A stretch of DNA of 64,000 nt from Macrostomum hystrix (GCA_950097015.1 CATNEN010000003.1:13888001-13952000), one strand, 5' to 3'. Positions 26,312-39,323 are shown, counted from the first letter of the stretch. Notes: generated from the sequence alone by a model not told the origin. Made by a program: numbers and translations.

Positions 26312-27974
26312 TTAACGCTTGCTAATTATGAGCTTGTAGTCTCCAGGGAAAATCAGAGCACCAACTGATCCTTTCAGGATTTTTTCCTTCCTGATGGCGC
26401 TCTCTGGCGCGGGACGCACGCGGTACCGCTGCATGAGGGCCGTGAAGAACAGGAAGATCTCCATGCGGGCCAGCGACTCTCCGACGCAGGCGCGTCGACC
26501 GATGAGGAACGGCACGAGGTACTGGCTGCTGCGGTAGCGACCATTTTCATCCAGGAAGTGCTCAGGATAGAACTCGTTCGGCTTCGCCCAGTAGTCGGCG
26601 CGGTGGTGGATGCCGTACACCAACGGCATGATGATGGCGTCGCTTGGTATGCGATATCCGTGGAAGGTTGTGTCCTCCAGAGCCCGGTGGAACACTCCCG
26701 TAGCAGCCAGAGAAACCTTTCGATAAGTCTCGTCGATCACTGCGCTGGTGTAGTGCAGCGCCGTCTTGTCTTGCAGCCTCGGACGGCGAGATTGTCCCAC
26801 GACATCGTCCAGCTCCTGCTGCACTCGCTGCTGAACCTCCGGGTAGAAAGCCATGTAGAGCAGCAGCCACTCCATGGAGCGAGCGGTCGTGTCCGTTCCA
26901 GCCAGGTAGAACTCAAGACTCACTCGAATGATCTGGAACTCCTTGAAGGTCTCCATGTCGCCGGCCTTCTCCGCCTTTCGCTGCTCCTACAGAGGGCAAA
27001 AAGCGTGTTAGTCAAAGAGCTCTCCAGTACTTTAAATAGTAACTTGCAATTATGGCTAATCAACTAGTAAAAAATAATAGAGAAATAAATACCTGGATGT
27101 ACACGTCAACAAGGCACTGCGGCTCCGCTGCCTCGTCTGTCATGACTTTCTCGCGATTTCGCATTTCGCTGCGAATGAATTCGTGCAAATATTCGATCTC
27201 GCCAACCAGAGAGCTGGAGGCTGGAATGTACTCGGCAAGGCGTTCAACAGCCGGGAACAGGAATGTTGCTCCCTGGATGATCCCAGCTTCGAGAAGTCTC
27301 TTTATAATCGAGTTGACTTTGTTGAACCTGGGATCGTTGCTGTCAAACCGGTGGCCCAACGTCATCTCGGTGATGATGGAATTCGAGGCCATCAGAAACG
27401 ATTCCAGCAGGTGGATTTGGCTGGACGAGTCCGATGACTTGTCGAATGTGCGGAACATGCTGTCCAACTGGTCGTCGATCATCTCGACGGTTTGCGCTCT
27501 AGCGAAGCCGAAGTCACGCAGGGTGCGCAGGCTCAAACGACGCTGCTGAATCCAGGACTCGCCCTCCTGGAAGAGAATGCCGCAGCCACGAGTCAGCTTC
27601 TGGAACAGGCGCAATCTCGGCCTGCCAGCAAACACCGGACTTTCCAGCATCTCCTTCATCAGCGGATAGGAGTTGACGATGACGAACAGTCGAGAGCCCA
27701 TGTAGAAGGAGCAGATGTCGCCGTACTTCTGGCAGGCCTGCTCCATGCTGATGTGCAAATTGTGCGGATCGACCCACGGTAGGCGACCAATGAGCGGTAG
27801 GCCCACCGGGCCAGGCGGCAAGTCGCGCCCCTGATGCCAGGAGTACAGCACATAGACAGTTACAGCGGCTGCCGCCGGCGCAGCTACTTTCACGAAGGGA
27901 TTAACTGCAGTTGAACTGTCGGACGAAAAGAGACCGGCTAGAGAATCTGGAAGCAATCTACGCAGTTGGTCCAT
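26312..27974 (-). CDS. Cytochrome P450, clan 2-like (CYP-B), 518 aa, 2 exons
   Basis: Exons 27974-27093 and 26986-26312 (106-nt intron at the same position as in CYP-A). PPGP, WIQQRR, AGTDTT, ETYR, PEHF and FLIGRRACVG are all present. Confidence 0.95.
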
Positions 27975-28120
27975 GATGCTTTCGAAGACTCAATGGATTT
28001 TAATCACTACTTCACGCAAGAGTACCTGTTCCACACTGATAAGGGGCAAAATGGAGGAGTTCTAGCTGCTCTTCTCTGCTTTCAAACAAGCCTCGCTGTG
28101 CGCCTTTCCTGCACTGAGAA

Positions 28121-28130
28121 CTTTTATAAA
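28121..28130 (-). promoter_or_regulatory. Putative TATA box of CYP-B (TTTATAAAAG on -)
   Basis: Canonical TATAAAAG about 150 bp upstream of the ATG. Confidence 0.45.
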
Positions 28131-29434
28131 GCGTTAGAGAGAGAGAGGGGTAGATTGTGCGTATTAAGTACATGTATTAGTCAGTTCACTCTGCGAAGTG
28201 ACGAAACAAGAGTGTGCACAGTGAGAATGAGGTGGCTGTTTGTTTGGCTGCTAGATGTGAAGCCACATGGTCTACCTTACAGTGAGCAATGAAAAGGCCG
28301 GTACAATGTCAGAGAGGTGAGTCAGGATTGAAAATGCTTATTAGAGAACTGTGTACTTTGCTTTCTGTCAACTTTGTTATCTGTTCTTGATTACTTAATT
28401 TAGTTTAGACGCTACAGCTGAAATTTCAACTGATAAGTTGCACTTTATCATGAAAATACTGAGCTCCATTAGAGACAAAGTTTATAAGCTGTCTGGAACC
28501 ACCGATATGCTAGTAGGCATAATTTTTCTGCTCACAAAATTTCATCATGCAACCATATTTGCTTTTATTATTGATTGTATTGTACTGATTATATACTTGT
28601 ATTAATTAATATATCACCATTAACATATTAATGTTAATTACCATTAACATTAGAGGCTTATTAAAAGCAAAGTGGCAAAAGATGTCATTGTCACTAGGGT
28701 CTTCGACAAGAATCCTTGAATATTCCGACGATGCTGACGTCGGACCGCTTTGAAAGCTAGTTCATCGTAAAGGGCGGATCCATTTGTTGGACTTTCACGA
28801 AAATCGGTCATTTAGTTTGGGAGCTATTAAGCAGTAGGCAGTGGATATTTGAAATACCCCTTGGTATTCTCCAGGTGGAATAAATATTACCCGTAAATGC
28901 TTCTACCAATTTAACAACTGAAGCGATGTCTCTGCAACTAAGTGTCTTCCAAGACGAACATTGTTCCCTTCGGGTCAAGAATCGAAGCCTCGGCCTTCCA
29001 GTCGAGTCCGACGCCCTAATAACTCGAACAATAACTAGTACTTGGACGAAAAAGTAATTTCTGTATACCTGTGCAAATCGTGGCATAAGCATTCGGGCAG
29101 ATTTTCAAACTGTTCAATACGTTTTTAAATTAATTTCGATTAAATATTTTAATTTATTACCTTTGAAAATAGATAAGATCCACCGAAACAAGAATTACCG
29201 AAGACACTTTGCCACTACGGCTAAAGTAGTTGATAAAAGCCGAATCAATCACTTCCCAGGTTAAAAATGAATCATTCGTAAAGTTTTGATGAAAAATGAC
29301 CTAAAAATGATTAAAGTGTAATCTAGCTATGAGCTTATGAGATGTGCAGTATCAGATCGGCTTGTCTTGGCTGCGTTCTGCACTAGCCAGTGTTCAATGT
29401 ACTTATCTTCAGAGATAATTCACGCCCGCGAGTT

Positions 29435-30658
29435 TCACCGCCGACTGACAATCAGCCGATTTTCCCCAGGAATCCTCACGGCACCCAGGCAGCCCATCAG
29501 GATCTCGTCCTTCCTTCCTTCCTGGCGCGGGACGCACGCGGTACCGCTGCATGAGGGCAGTGAAGAACAGGAAGATCTTCATGCGGGCCAGCGACTCGCC
29601 TAGACAAGCCCGACGGCCGACGAGGAACAGCACGAGGTACTGGCTGCTGCGGTAGCGACCATTTTCATCCAGGAAGTGCTCAGCTGATAGAACTCATTCG
29701 GCTTCGCCCAGTAGTCGGCGCGGTGGTGGATGCCGTACATCAACGGCATGATAATGGCGTCCTGTGAAATGCGATATCCGTGGAAATTGTGTCCTCCACG
29801 GCGCGGTGGAAAAAACCAGCTGCCACCAGGGAGGCCTTGCGGTAGCACTCGTCGATCACAGCGCAGGTGTAGTGCAGCTCCGTCTTGTCTTGCATCCTCG
29901 GACGCCTCGACTGACCAACGACATTGTCCAGCTCCTGCTGCACTCGCTGCTGAACCTCCGGGTAGAAGGCCATGTAGATCATCAGCCACTCCATGGAGCG
30001 AGCGGTCGTGTCCGTTCCAGCCAGGTAGAACTCGAAGCACACTCGAATGATCTGGAACTTCTTGAAGGTCTCCATGTCGCCGGCCTTCTCCGCTTTGTGC
30101 TTTTCCTAAAAGTAAAATAAAACTATTTTAGCTCATATCTGCTCAAGAAATTATTTCTTTATTATAATAAATCAAACAGGCAACTGTGAAGCAAGTGTAA
30201 ATAAAATACCAGCAGATAGGTGTCGCAGAGGCATCCGGTTGAGCACCGTCGCCCTCCATCAGTTTCTCTCGCTTTTGAACCTCGTTCCTGATATAGTCGT
30301 ACAGGAAGTTTGTCTTCCCAATTCTATCATTCGCTATTGGTAGCCATGAGACCATTTGCTCAACAGCTCGGTAAAGAAATGGCGGAGCTTGAAACACACC
30401 CGCTTGTAGCAGTTCGTTGATGTACGCGTTGACTTTTTGGAACTGAGGATCTTGACGATCGAATCGATGCCCGAGTGCCAGTTCCGTGATGATGGTGTGC
30501 GAGGCCAAAAAAAAACTGCCAAGCAATGTCTCGCCCTTGCCGATGGCGGAGAACTCATCGAAGCAGTCGAAAATGATCTCGAGCTGGTCGTCGACCTTGT
30601 TGACCATCTCGAGACAGGCGAATCCGAAATCGCGCAGCGTCTTCAGACTTAATCGTCG
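29435..30658 (-). pseudogene. Cytochrome P450 pseudogene (CYP-C)
   Basis: Homology begins abruptly at RRLSLKTLRDFGFA, so the N-terminal ~140 codons are missing. Frameshifts lie near 30235, 29788 and 29684, and a deletion near 29520. The intron position is retained, so it is not a retrocopy. Confidence 0.9.
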
Positions 30659-31029
30659 ATAAGATAAAAGATAAAGATACGTGCAAAAATTGTGCCTTCT
30701 GCAAAACGTCCTTTTATAGCCTCAAATGAACTCAGACAGCTAAATAAGAAATGTAAGACTTGATTGCGCCTCGGGTCCGAGACAGACCGAAGCACAGCAA
30801 CTCAAGAGTGCAATAACCTTAGTTCGTAATTTAATTTCTAGAAGCGTAGCAGTCTAGATCTGCTAGTAGTAGGTAGTAGTAGGTATTAAAATCCACGTTG
30901 GCAAGCAGACAACTTCGTCATTTGATATAACTATTCTATTAAAAGAATTATGATCAAGTTTCAACTAATGTCAACAGCATTGTTTAATTAGTCAGACATG
31001 TGAACTTTTTACGGATCGCATGAAGTTTT

Positions 31030-32683
31030 TCATAAATAACGACGCTTGATGCTGAACCCGTAGTCTCCTGGCACTCGAACTGTCCCCAGGTGTCCAAGCA
31101 GGATCTCGTCCTTCCTGACGGCGCTCTCTGGCGCGGGACGCACGCGGTACCGCTGCATGAGGGCAGTGAAGAACAGGAAGATCTCCATGCGGGCCAGCGA
31201 CTCGCCTAGACAAGCCCGACGGCCGATGAGGAACGGCACGAGGTACTGGCTGCTGCGGTGGCGACCATTTTCATCCAGGAAGTGCTCAGGATAGAACTCA
31301 TTCGGTTTCGCCCAGTAGTCGGCGCGGTGGTGAATGCCGTACACCAGCGGAATAATGAAGGCATCCTTAGGTATTCTGCGTCCTATGAATTGAGTGTCTT
31401 CCATAGCTCGGTGAAAAAGACCTGTAGGAGTAAGCGACACCATGCGGTAGCACTCGTCGATCACAGCGCAGGTGTAGTGCAGCTCCGTCTTGTCTTGCAT
31501 CCTCGGACGCCTCGACTGACCAACGACATTGTCCAGCTCCTGCTGCACTCGCTGCTGAACCTCCGGGTAGAAGGCCATGTAGAGCAGCAGCCATTCAATA
31601 GAGCGAGCGGTCGTGTCCGTTCCGGCAAAGTAGAACTCGAAGCACACTCGAATGATTTGGAACTCCTTGAAGGTCTCCATGTCACCAGCCATTTCAGCTT
31701 TCGTCTTCTCCTGAAAGCAATGGTCGGATATTGAACAAACTGTTGCATAAAAATCATATATAAATTGTCAGGGCATCAATTGAGAACAAGTCACCAACTT
31801 GAAGGTAAATGTCACAAAGGCACTCCGCTTCGGCTCCTTGTTTCATCAAAGCTTCTCTTTCTCGGATTTCTTGGCGTATAAACTCGTGCAGAAACTCAAC
31901 GTCTCGAATGGACTCAATCGACCTAGGAAGCAGATCTACAAGCTTCTCCACCGCAGGGAATAGTACACTTGCTGCCTGTGTGAAGCCACTTTCGATCATC
32001 TTCTTGAGCAGCGCGTTTACCTTCACTAGGGTTTGATCTGCGTGATCGAACCGATGGCCCAGAGTCAGTTCGGTAATGACAGCGTTTGAAGCCAACAGTA
32101 AAGTATCCAGCACCGAAACCGAATCATCGGATGCTCGGTCAAAGGTTTGAAAGATCGAGTCCAACTGATCGTCGATCATTTCAACTGTGCGCGTCCTGGC
32201 AAAGCCGAAGTCACGCAGAGTTCTCAAACTGAGACGTCTGTGCTGGCTCCACTTGTCGCCCTCAGTGAAGATGATGCCACAGCCGTGTGTGCCTTTCTCT
32301 ATCAGTCGCAGTCTTGGCCTTCCAGCGAACATAGGATCTTCTAGCATGTCCTTCATCAGCTCATAGGAGTTAACTATGATGAATAGACGCGAGCCTAGAT
32401 AGAATGAGCACAGATCGCCATACTTTTCCGATTCTCGCATCATGCTCAGATGCAGCTGCTTGGCATTCACCCAGGGCAGGCGCCCGAGCAGCGGCAGACC
32501 AGTTGGTCCTGGAGGAAGTCTCTGACTATGGCGCCAACACTGCCAGAGGTAGGCTGCCACTCCGACAACCGCAGCTGTCGTCAGTGCCGATGACAGAAGC
32601 ACCCTGTTCGACCAAGCATCTTCTTGAATGTTTAACGCATAACCGATTAACGAATTCAATAGATTTAAAATGGTACTAGACAT
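31030..32683 (-). CDS. Cytochrome P450, clan 2-like (CYP-D), 521 aa, 2 exons
   Basis: ATG at 32683. Exons 32683-31799 and 31710-31030 (88-nt intron). All P450 motifs are present, with heme motif FLIGRRACLG. Confidence 0.95.
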
Positions 32684-33439
32684 TTTTATGCAGACATACA
32701 CAGCAGCTTCTCATTTATTATTGGAGCCAAATCAAGCACCCGACAATGCTCAGGGCTCCCCAGGTCTTTATGCCGTATATGAAAAAGAGTTTCTCTCCAA
32801 GTTCGTGATTGTAATTAGCGCAGAGAACACAAGAAAGCTGCGAGTGCCTACAAAACACACTTAAAAGGCCATTCTATAGAAGCATCCAGTCAGTGCGCCT
32901 ACTGCTGTACCTGGGTGTGCTTGCACCGCGCATGTACGGCAGCCCTTATCGATCCATTTTGTTTTAAACTTTATTGCCTTCCCTCACACTTCAGCGCACG
33001 CACCTTTTCGTCTAGTGACAGCGCAAAAACACAACGGCGCTTCTCAGGTTAAGACCTGGAATTAATTATCGTGAAAATAAGTTGCGAGATGCTCTTTTTG
33101 TTAATCACAGGTATTATTACTTTTATTTTCAAATTTCAAGTCATTTTGCACGTAGAACATGACATTGCTAACAATTTGTTAATCCATGTTCTTTGCTGTT
33201 TCACTATAGAAGCGGCTCTTAATTGTATAATCATGTCAGAATTCTTTTAGGATGTTTATAATTGAGAACAAAAAAAGAAAATAAACATTTATAAATTGAA
33301 AACTCATTAAATTCTAACTATAGTTTCGTTTGCAAAGATAGTAACAATTGCAAAAAAAGAAAAAAAAACTTATTTTTGAGAAGAAACTCAAAGTAGTCAT
33401 ATGCTTAGGCCAATTGGTTCAAGCGACAGTTTAACGAGT

Positions 33440-35094
33440 CTATCTGCGACTGAGGATTAGCCCGCAGACGCCCGGCATCCGCAGCGCCCCCATGCGTCCT
33501 CTCAGGATCTCGTCCTTCCTGATGGCGCTCTCTGGCGCGGGACGCACGCGGTACCTCTGCATGAGGGCAGTGAAGAACAGGAAGATCTCCATGCGGGCCA
33601 GCGACTCTCCGACGCAGGCGCGTCGCCCGACGAGGAACGGCACGAGGTACTGGCTGCTGCGGTAGCGACCATTTTCATCCAGGAAGTGCTCAGGATAGAA
33701 CTCATTCGGCTTCGCCCAATAGTCGGCGCGGTGGTGGATGCTGTACACGTTTGGAACGATTAAAGCATCGGTTGGAATTCGATAGCCATGGAATGTGGTC
33801 TCTTCGACAGCTCGATGAGAAACTCCCATTGCAGCTAGGGAGGCCTTGCGGTAGCACTCGTCGATCACAGCGCAGGTGTAGTGCAGCTCCGTCTTGTCCT
33901 GCATCCTCGGACGCCTCGACTGACCGACGACGGAGTCCAGCTCCTGCTGCACTCGCTGCTGAACCTCCGGGTAGAAGGCCATGTAGAGCAGCAGCCACTC
34001 CATGGAGCGAGCGGTCGTGTCTGTTCCAGCCAGGTAGAGCTCGAAGCACACTCGAATGATCTGGAACTCCTTGAAGGTCTCCATGTCGCCGGCCTTCTCC
34101 GCTTTGCGCTTCTCCTATTTAGAGGTTAAATGAAAGCTCTCTCTTTGAAATGTTTCTGATGCTTTCGAAAGCAAGCTAGACTTTTGGTTTACTGACACCG
34201 GCTACTCACTTGAATGTAGACGTCACAAAGGCATTCTGGTTCGGTGTTTTCGTCCACCATGATCTTCTCGCGCTGTTGAATCTCTTTGCGAATGAAGGAG
34301 TGAAGAAATTCCAAATCCTTTACCAGGCTGCTGGACACTGGAAACAGTTCGATAAAGCGTTCGACAATCGGAAACAAGAAGCTTGCAGTTTGGGCGATAC
34401 TGTCTTCGAGCAGTTTCTTGATTAGCGAGTTGACCGTGAGAAAGTCGGAGTCATTTCGTTCAAATCGGTGGCCCAGTGTCATCTCGGTAATGATCGAGTT
34501 TGAAGCAAAAATAAACGTGTTCAAAACAGCGATCGGGGTAGCAGACGTCGATGCGTCGTCAAGAGTCTGGAAGATAGCGTCGAGTTGATCATCGATCATG
34601 TCAACTGTGTGCGCCCGGGCGAAGCCGAAGTCCCTTAAAGAGCGCAGACTCAATCGACGATGCTGATTCCACAGCTCGCCCTCGGTGAAAATGATGCCGC
34701 AATTCCTTGTTAGCTTCAAAATGAGGCGCAGCCGGGGTCGACCAGCGAATGTGTAATCGTCCATCATCTCCTTCAGCATCGGATAGCTGTTTACCGCAAT
34801 GAACAGACGCGAGCCAAGGTAGAACGAGACTAAGTCGCCGTATTTCTTCGAAACATTGTGGAATGTCAGGTGTACATTTTCGGTATTAGACCAAGGCAGG
34901 TAGCCAAGAATGGGAACACCAGGTGGACCGGGAGGAAGATCACGTCCTTGTCGCCATCTGTACAGAAGGTAGGCTCCGAAAGCTGCAGCAGCAGCAGGCA
35001 CGGCTGCCGTTGCTAAGGTCTTGTAATTGTCGTCGGACGAAAATGCTGAGTCCGCCAGACTCACCAGTGATGTTGGCAGCCATTGGCGAATCAT
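33440..35094 (-). CDS. Cytochrome P450, clan 2-like (CYP-E), 519 aa, 2 exons
   Basis: ATG at 35094. Exons 35094-34210 and 34114-33440 (95-nt intron). Heme motif FLVGRRACVG. Confidence 0.95.
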
Positions 35095-35398
35095 TTTCTT
35101 GTCTTGGGTGCAACTGTGACTCTCAAGAGATTCTTTAATTTTGTGCGCTCTCAAACTCGCGTGCGTGAAGTGGCTGCTCTTATATTAAGCAACACTTTAA
35201 GGTTAGGCTAGGCGTATAATATGCAATGTACGATCGGTACAGCGGTCTTGTTGTCAAACCCATTTTTGTGCACAGAAACTGCAGTGCTATTGAAGTTCAA
35301 CTGTACAGAGTTTTTCTGACCGCAATCTTTTTTTATTCTTCTCTAGGTGAACACTGCATTGTAAATGTATGCCCACTTCGTGCATACTTGCCCTAAAG

Positions 35399-35657
35399 CA
35401 GGGGGGTCGAAAAACTTATTAGCTAGTGGGCCAAAGAGAGAACCTAAAAGACGACAGCGGGCCGAATTGACAATAGAAATGTGAGGCAGGGGAGAGATAA
35501 GACAGGAAGAGATGAGACAGAGGAAAGATGAGACACAGGAAATATGAGACACGGGAGAGATGAAACAGGATACTGTGGTGTCGGAAGGAGCAACGGGCCG
35601 GATTTAGGAGCTTCGAGGGCCGCATCGGGCTCGCGGGCCGGAGTTTGCCGACCTCTG
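35399..35657. mobile_element. Non-autonomous hAT (Charlie-like) MITE, 259 bp
   Basis: Imperfect TIRs CAGGGGGGTCGAAAAAC ... GTTTGCCGACCTCTG. Subterminal GGGCCG motifs. 8-bp TSD CCCTAAAG (35391-98) / CCCAAAAG (35658-65), matching at 7 of 8. Confidence 0.85.
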
Positions 35658-36081
35658 CCCAAAAGCTTTACTTGCATGCAAACCTAGCTAGCTGCCAGTT
35701 TTCTAATTGCACATAAATTAAATATGAAAAAGCACATTTTAAGCTTTTTTCTGAAAAGCTGCTGCTTTTATATAAATGCACAGTGGGATTTTTCCGGGAC
35801 TTTCGCTCACTTTTATTTATTTTTATGTGGTTATCTGAAAGGTCCAATGTGTAGCCAGAATTTCGACTGGGAGGAAAGAACGCCCGTCTTCTAATGACCG
35901 ACTGTGGGTCCCAAGCCCTCTGTCTAACTTCATGGAATGGAGGACCAACTCATCGACAGTTTTTTAAATAAGCTTAGCTGAGAAAATGATTGCCAGAGAT
36001 TAGGTACTCATTTTCGTTAAATTTAAAGCACGAATAGTGGCTAATTGAGAATCTAGAAAAATCACCCTATATCGATCGCTA

Positions 36082-37363
36082 TGTAATAAAATGAATGTCC
36101 TAGCTGGAGCGTGGGGAATTTAAAGCTAGCGACTATTCACTATTCACCGGGGTCGGTGTCCTACCAATCGTTTCAATAGCAGCAGGGAAATCTGGAATTA
36201 AAAAGCGTTAGAGACTGGTAGCGAGCGAAGCGGAATAGATAAGCGATGAGACACGAGTGTTCCTCCGGCCCGGCGAAACTCCCAATGAAAAAGAATGACA
36301 CAGTATGAACGCGAAGACTCGAATAATTTGATTAGGAGTGAGTTAATCGGCTGTGACTAAGATTCCAGATACGAATAGGAATTACTTTGAATATAGTTTA
36401 CTTGACTTAAAAGTTATACTGACAGAATAGATGTTCACACGGAAATAAATTATAGCGCGCTCACAGTGAGAAGCAAGTCTGGTCTAACAATTTGGATATA
36501 ACAATTTTTACTTAACTGGCCTACATCCGCGCGCCCTACTCTTCCCGAGAGGCTCCGGTTGTCTCTGCTTTCAGCGCTGCCCCGACAGATCCTATCGGTT
36601 GGCACTCCTTCTGCCTGACGGCGGAGTCTCCGAAGAGAGCACGTACTGACTTCGACAACAAGCGCCCATCTAGACCACCCTTGTCAGCGGCGCACTCTCA
36701 AGACGCGTAGCGCCGAAAGCTACCTAACTGAACAAGCGGAGTGTGGTCGGGCGGGGAGGGACAAAACAAGTGGACTAGTTGCACGTGCTTCTCACAGTGT
36801 GAGGCGAATTGCAGAGATCGATAATTTGCACGTGCTTCTCACAGTGTGAGGCGAATTGCGAAGAAAAGATAATTTGGACTACAAAAACACGCTTCGTTAT
36901 ATAGAGTCATTTTAACCCCAAATTAGGTCGATCGGCGAGGTGGATGCCTGGCTGTAGCTTGAGCCAAGGCGACAAATCACAGTAGACTTGCGACCGCCGT
37001 TCTGAGCCCCGGGGTCGCTTCTTGCCGAGGGTAGACAGGTAGTGAGGCCGGGTCGCTCGCTGATTGGCCGGGACCGTAGCCCAGGGGTAGCGCTCGCGGG
37101 GTGGTGGGCGTCCGTTCCCCCAGCTGGTCCGGCCCGGCTTGGCGTGGGTGAACTCTTAGCAAAAACACGTCTAAAAATAAGTACTGAATAATAGAAGGGC
37201 AAACAAGCTGACACTACAGCTATACGTGAACTGTACGTAGCTGTAAAGGCGAAAAATCCAACTCCACATCCACTTACAGTTACCGGAGTTATTTTCACGA
37301 CTGCACAAAAATGAAAAAGGGATTATATTAGAAATATATAACCGCCGGATTCCCATGATAACA
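36082..37363 (-). mobile_element. Possible solo LTR or LTR-retrotransposon remnant
   Basis: A GC-richer 1.28-kb island bounded by TGTAAT...ATAACA, with an internal ~33-bp direct repeat (36779/36826) and a TATATAA motif. No matching TSD was found. Confidence 0.35.
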
Positions 37364-39323
37364 CTTCTAATAGTAATAACACGTTTTCGGATTTCATAAA
37401 AAACTGCAATTTAATTTTTTTATAAGAATAACAAACGCTTCTGCTTTCTTTTTATCTAATCATTAAGAATCTTATACTGTGCTCGCAATATAAAACACTT
37501 TATAACAGAACATGTAGAGAATATTATAGCTAAATTTATCTACGAAAATTATTTTAGCTTCACCTTACAAAATTGATTCGATAAAGTTATAGATAAGAAA
37601 TTATGCGGAGAGGTATGCACAATATTTTATTCTTATTGTATATATTTACATCTTTTCGTAAGGTGATAGAATAAAATATCAATATCATTATACACAATAA
37701 TATGAACTAAATTAGCTTTTTGTTTTGTGTTCTACTACTATATTGTCTGTTGTGACATGGCATGGCTGACGCAGTTTATTTTCATTTTTTTGTAATGTTT
37801 ACTTAAGCCATTTCTACTCTAGGCCTATTAATTGTTTTTATTTGTCTCATCTACCTCATGACTAAGAAGCTAGTTTCTTATTTTTTATTTTTTTAGTCGC
37901 GTTTAAAATGATTTAACAATTCTAGAATTATAAAGTCTCAAAGTAGAAATTTTTTTTGTAATTTTTACTAGAAATTTTGACTCGTTGGTATAATAGTTAA
38001 TACCAACAAAACAATAATTACTATTACCAATTGATATAAAAAAATATATTGTAAGTTTTTTTAGTTTTTTGAAATCTTTTTAGATAAAATACTTTATATA
38101 GCCATTTTGTTAAGTTAGGCCTAATGTAATAAAGTATTTCAGAAAAATAGCTTCTGGTCCCTCATTTACATTTTGGAAACAGTTTTGGTGTACAAAATAC
38201 TAGTAGGGGCTGTTGTGATATAGCCAAAAAGGTTACAAACAAAAGCTAAATATTAAAACAGTGCAAGAGTTAACTCAGTCATTAGTTCCCTATTTTGGTT
38301 TTTTATTTTAGCCAATATTTTATTAAGTTACTTTATGTTAGACAAACATTTTTTAGCAGATTTGTAAATGCTATTCACAAATGTTTTTATGAATTTACTT
38401 TAACAATGTCATATAATAGAGATGATTCTATTAGCTAGTAATAGTAATACTAGTAAGTACTTATACAGTAAGGGTTAAAATTAATGAGATTATATTTACA
38501 CATTAGATAGGCCTAAGCTTGTAATAATTGTGTCAAATTGCTTTTAAAAGATAGTAAACAGTAGCTAGAAATTGTTTTTATTTACTTAACAGTAGAACAA
38601 CCAAGGGGGAGAATTCCTGTCAGAAAATATTTTCTGCACTCCAATGGAGCACATAAAACTAAAAAAACATGAACTTGAACTTTTTATTGCGCATCTTCTG
38701 AAACCTGAATCAAGTTGCCAGCTCTTCAGACCATCAAGATTTTCAATCTTTTTGGCCAAAGGTCAGATTTTTCTTATTAGTGCTAGTTTATTTCACAGCA
38801 CTTCAGTGCAGCCTTGCCAGGTATTTAAAATTTATCAGCATGTCACCTGAATGTGCCTGCATTATCTCCATCTTTGGTGGTCACCTTCCTTTATCTAGAT
38901 TGACTGCTAGGCCTTCAAGGGCTATAACATGTGGAGATAGGCCACTATGGACACCCGGAGGCAAATTTATCTTATTTCACTGATGAAGCCTAAATACTAG
39001 GCGTTGCTCAACCACAGTACACCATCGTCTAGTCTGTCAACCAATCAGTCACTACCCAACACTGTTAGCATTCAGTCACTGCCAATTTTTTTCATAATTT
39101 CATAATTTTATAATATACCATCAATAGTACTTGGTAGTACTTTGTGTATTTCTTTTTACTTTTTTTACTTAAATTTTTATATTATGATGCAAAATATGTT
39201 TATTTTTGTATAATATTATTTCCAATTTTCTAAAACATTGCAGCTAGCTAGTTCAGTCATGCCATCTTGAGTTGCTTTTTTTCACAAAATAAAAAGTATA
39301 ATTAAGCAATTACAATCAAACTT

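Noticed and set aside
28690-29250. Possible Penelope/retroelement remnant (ORF 28808-29092)
   Set aside because: I could not recognise any RT or GIY-YIG motif, termini or TSD.
17195-35138. Many antisense and alternative-frame ORFs over the CYP genes
   Set aside because: They are shadow ORFs of GC-rich coding sequence.
38976-39010. Hammerhead-ribozyme-like CTGATGA-A-GCCTA-aatac-TAGGC upstream of salvador
   Set aside because: The required GAAA core and stem I/III pairing are missing. At most it is a dead Penelope-type relic.
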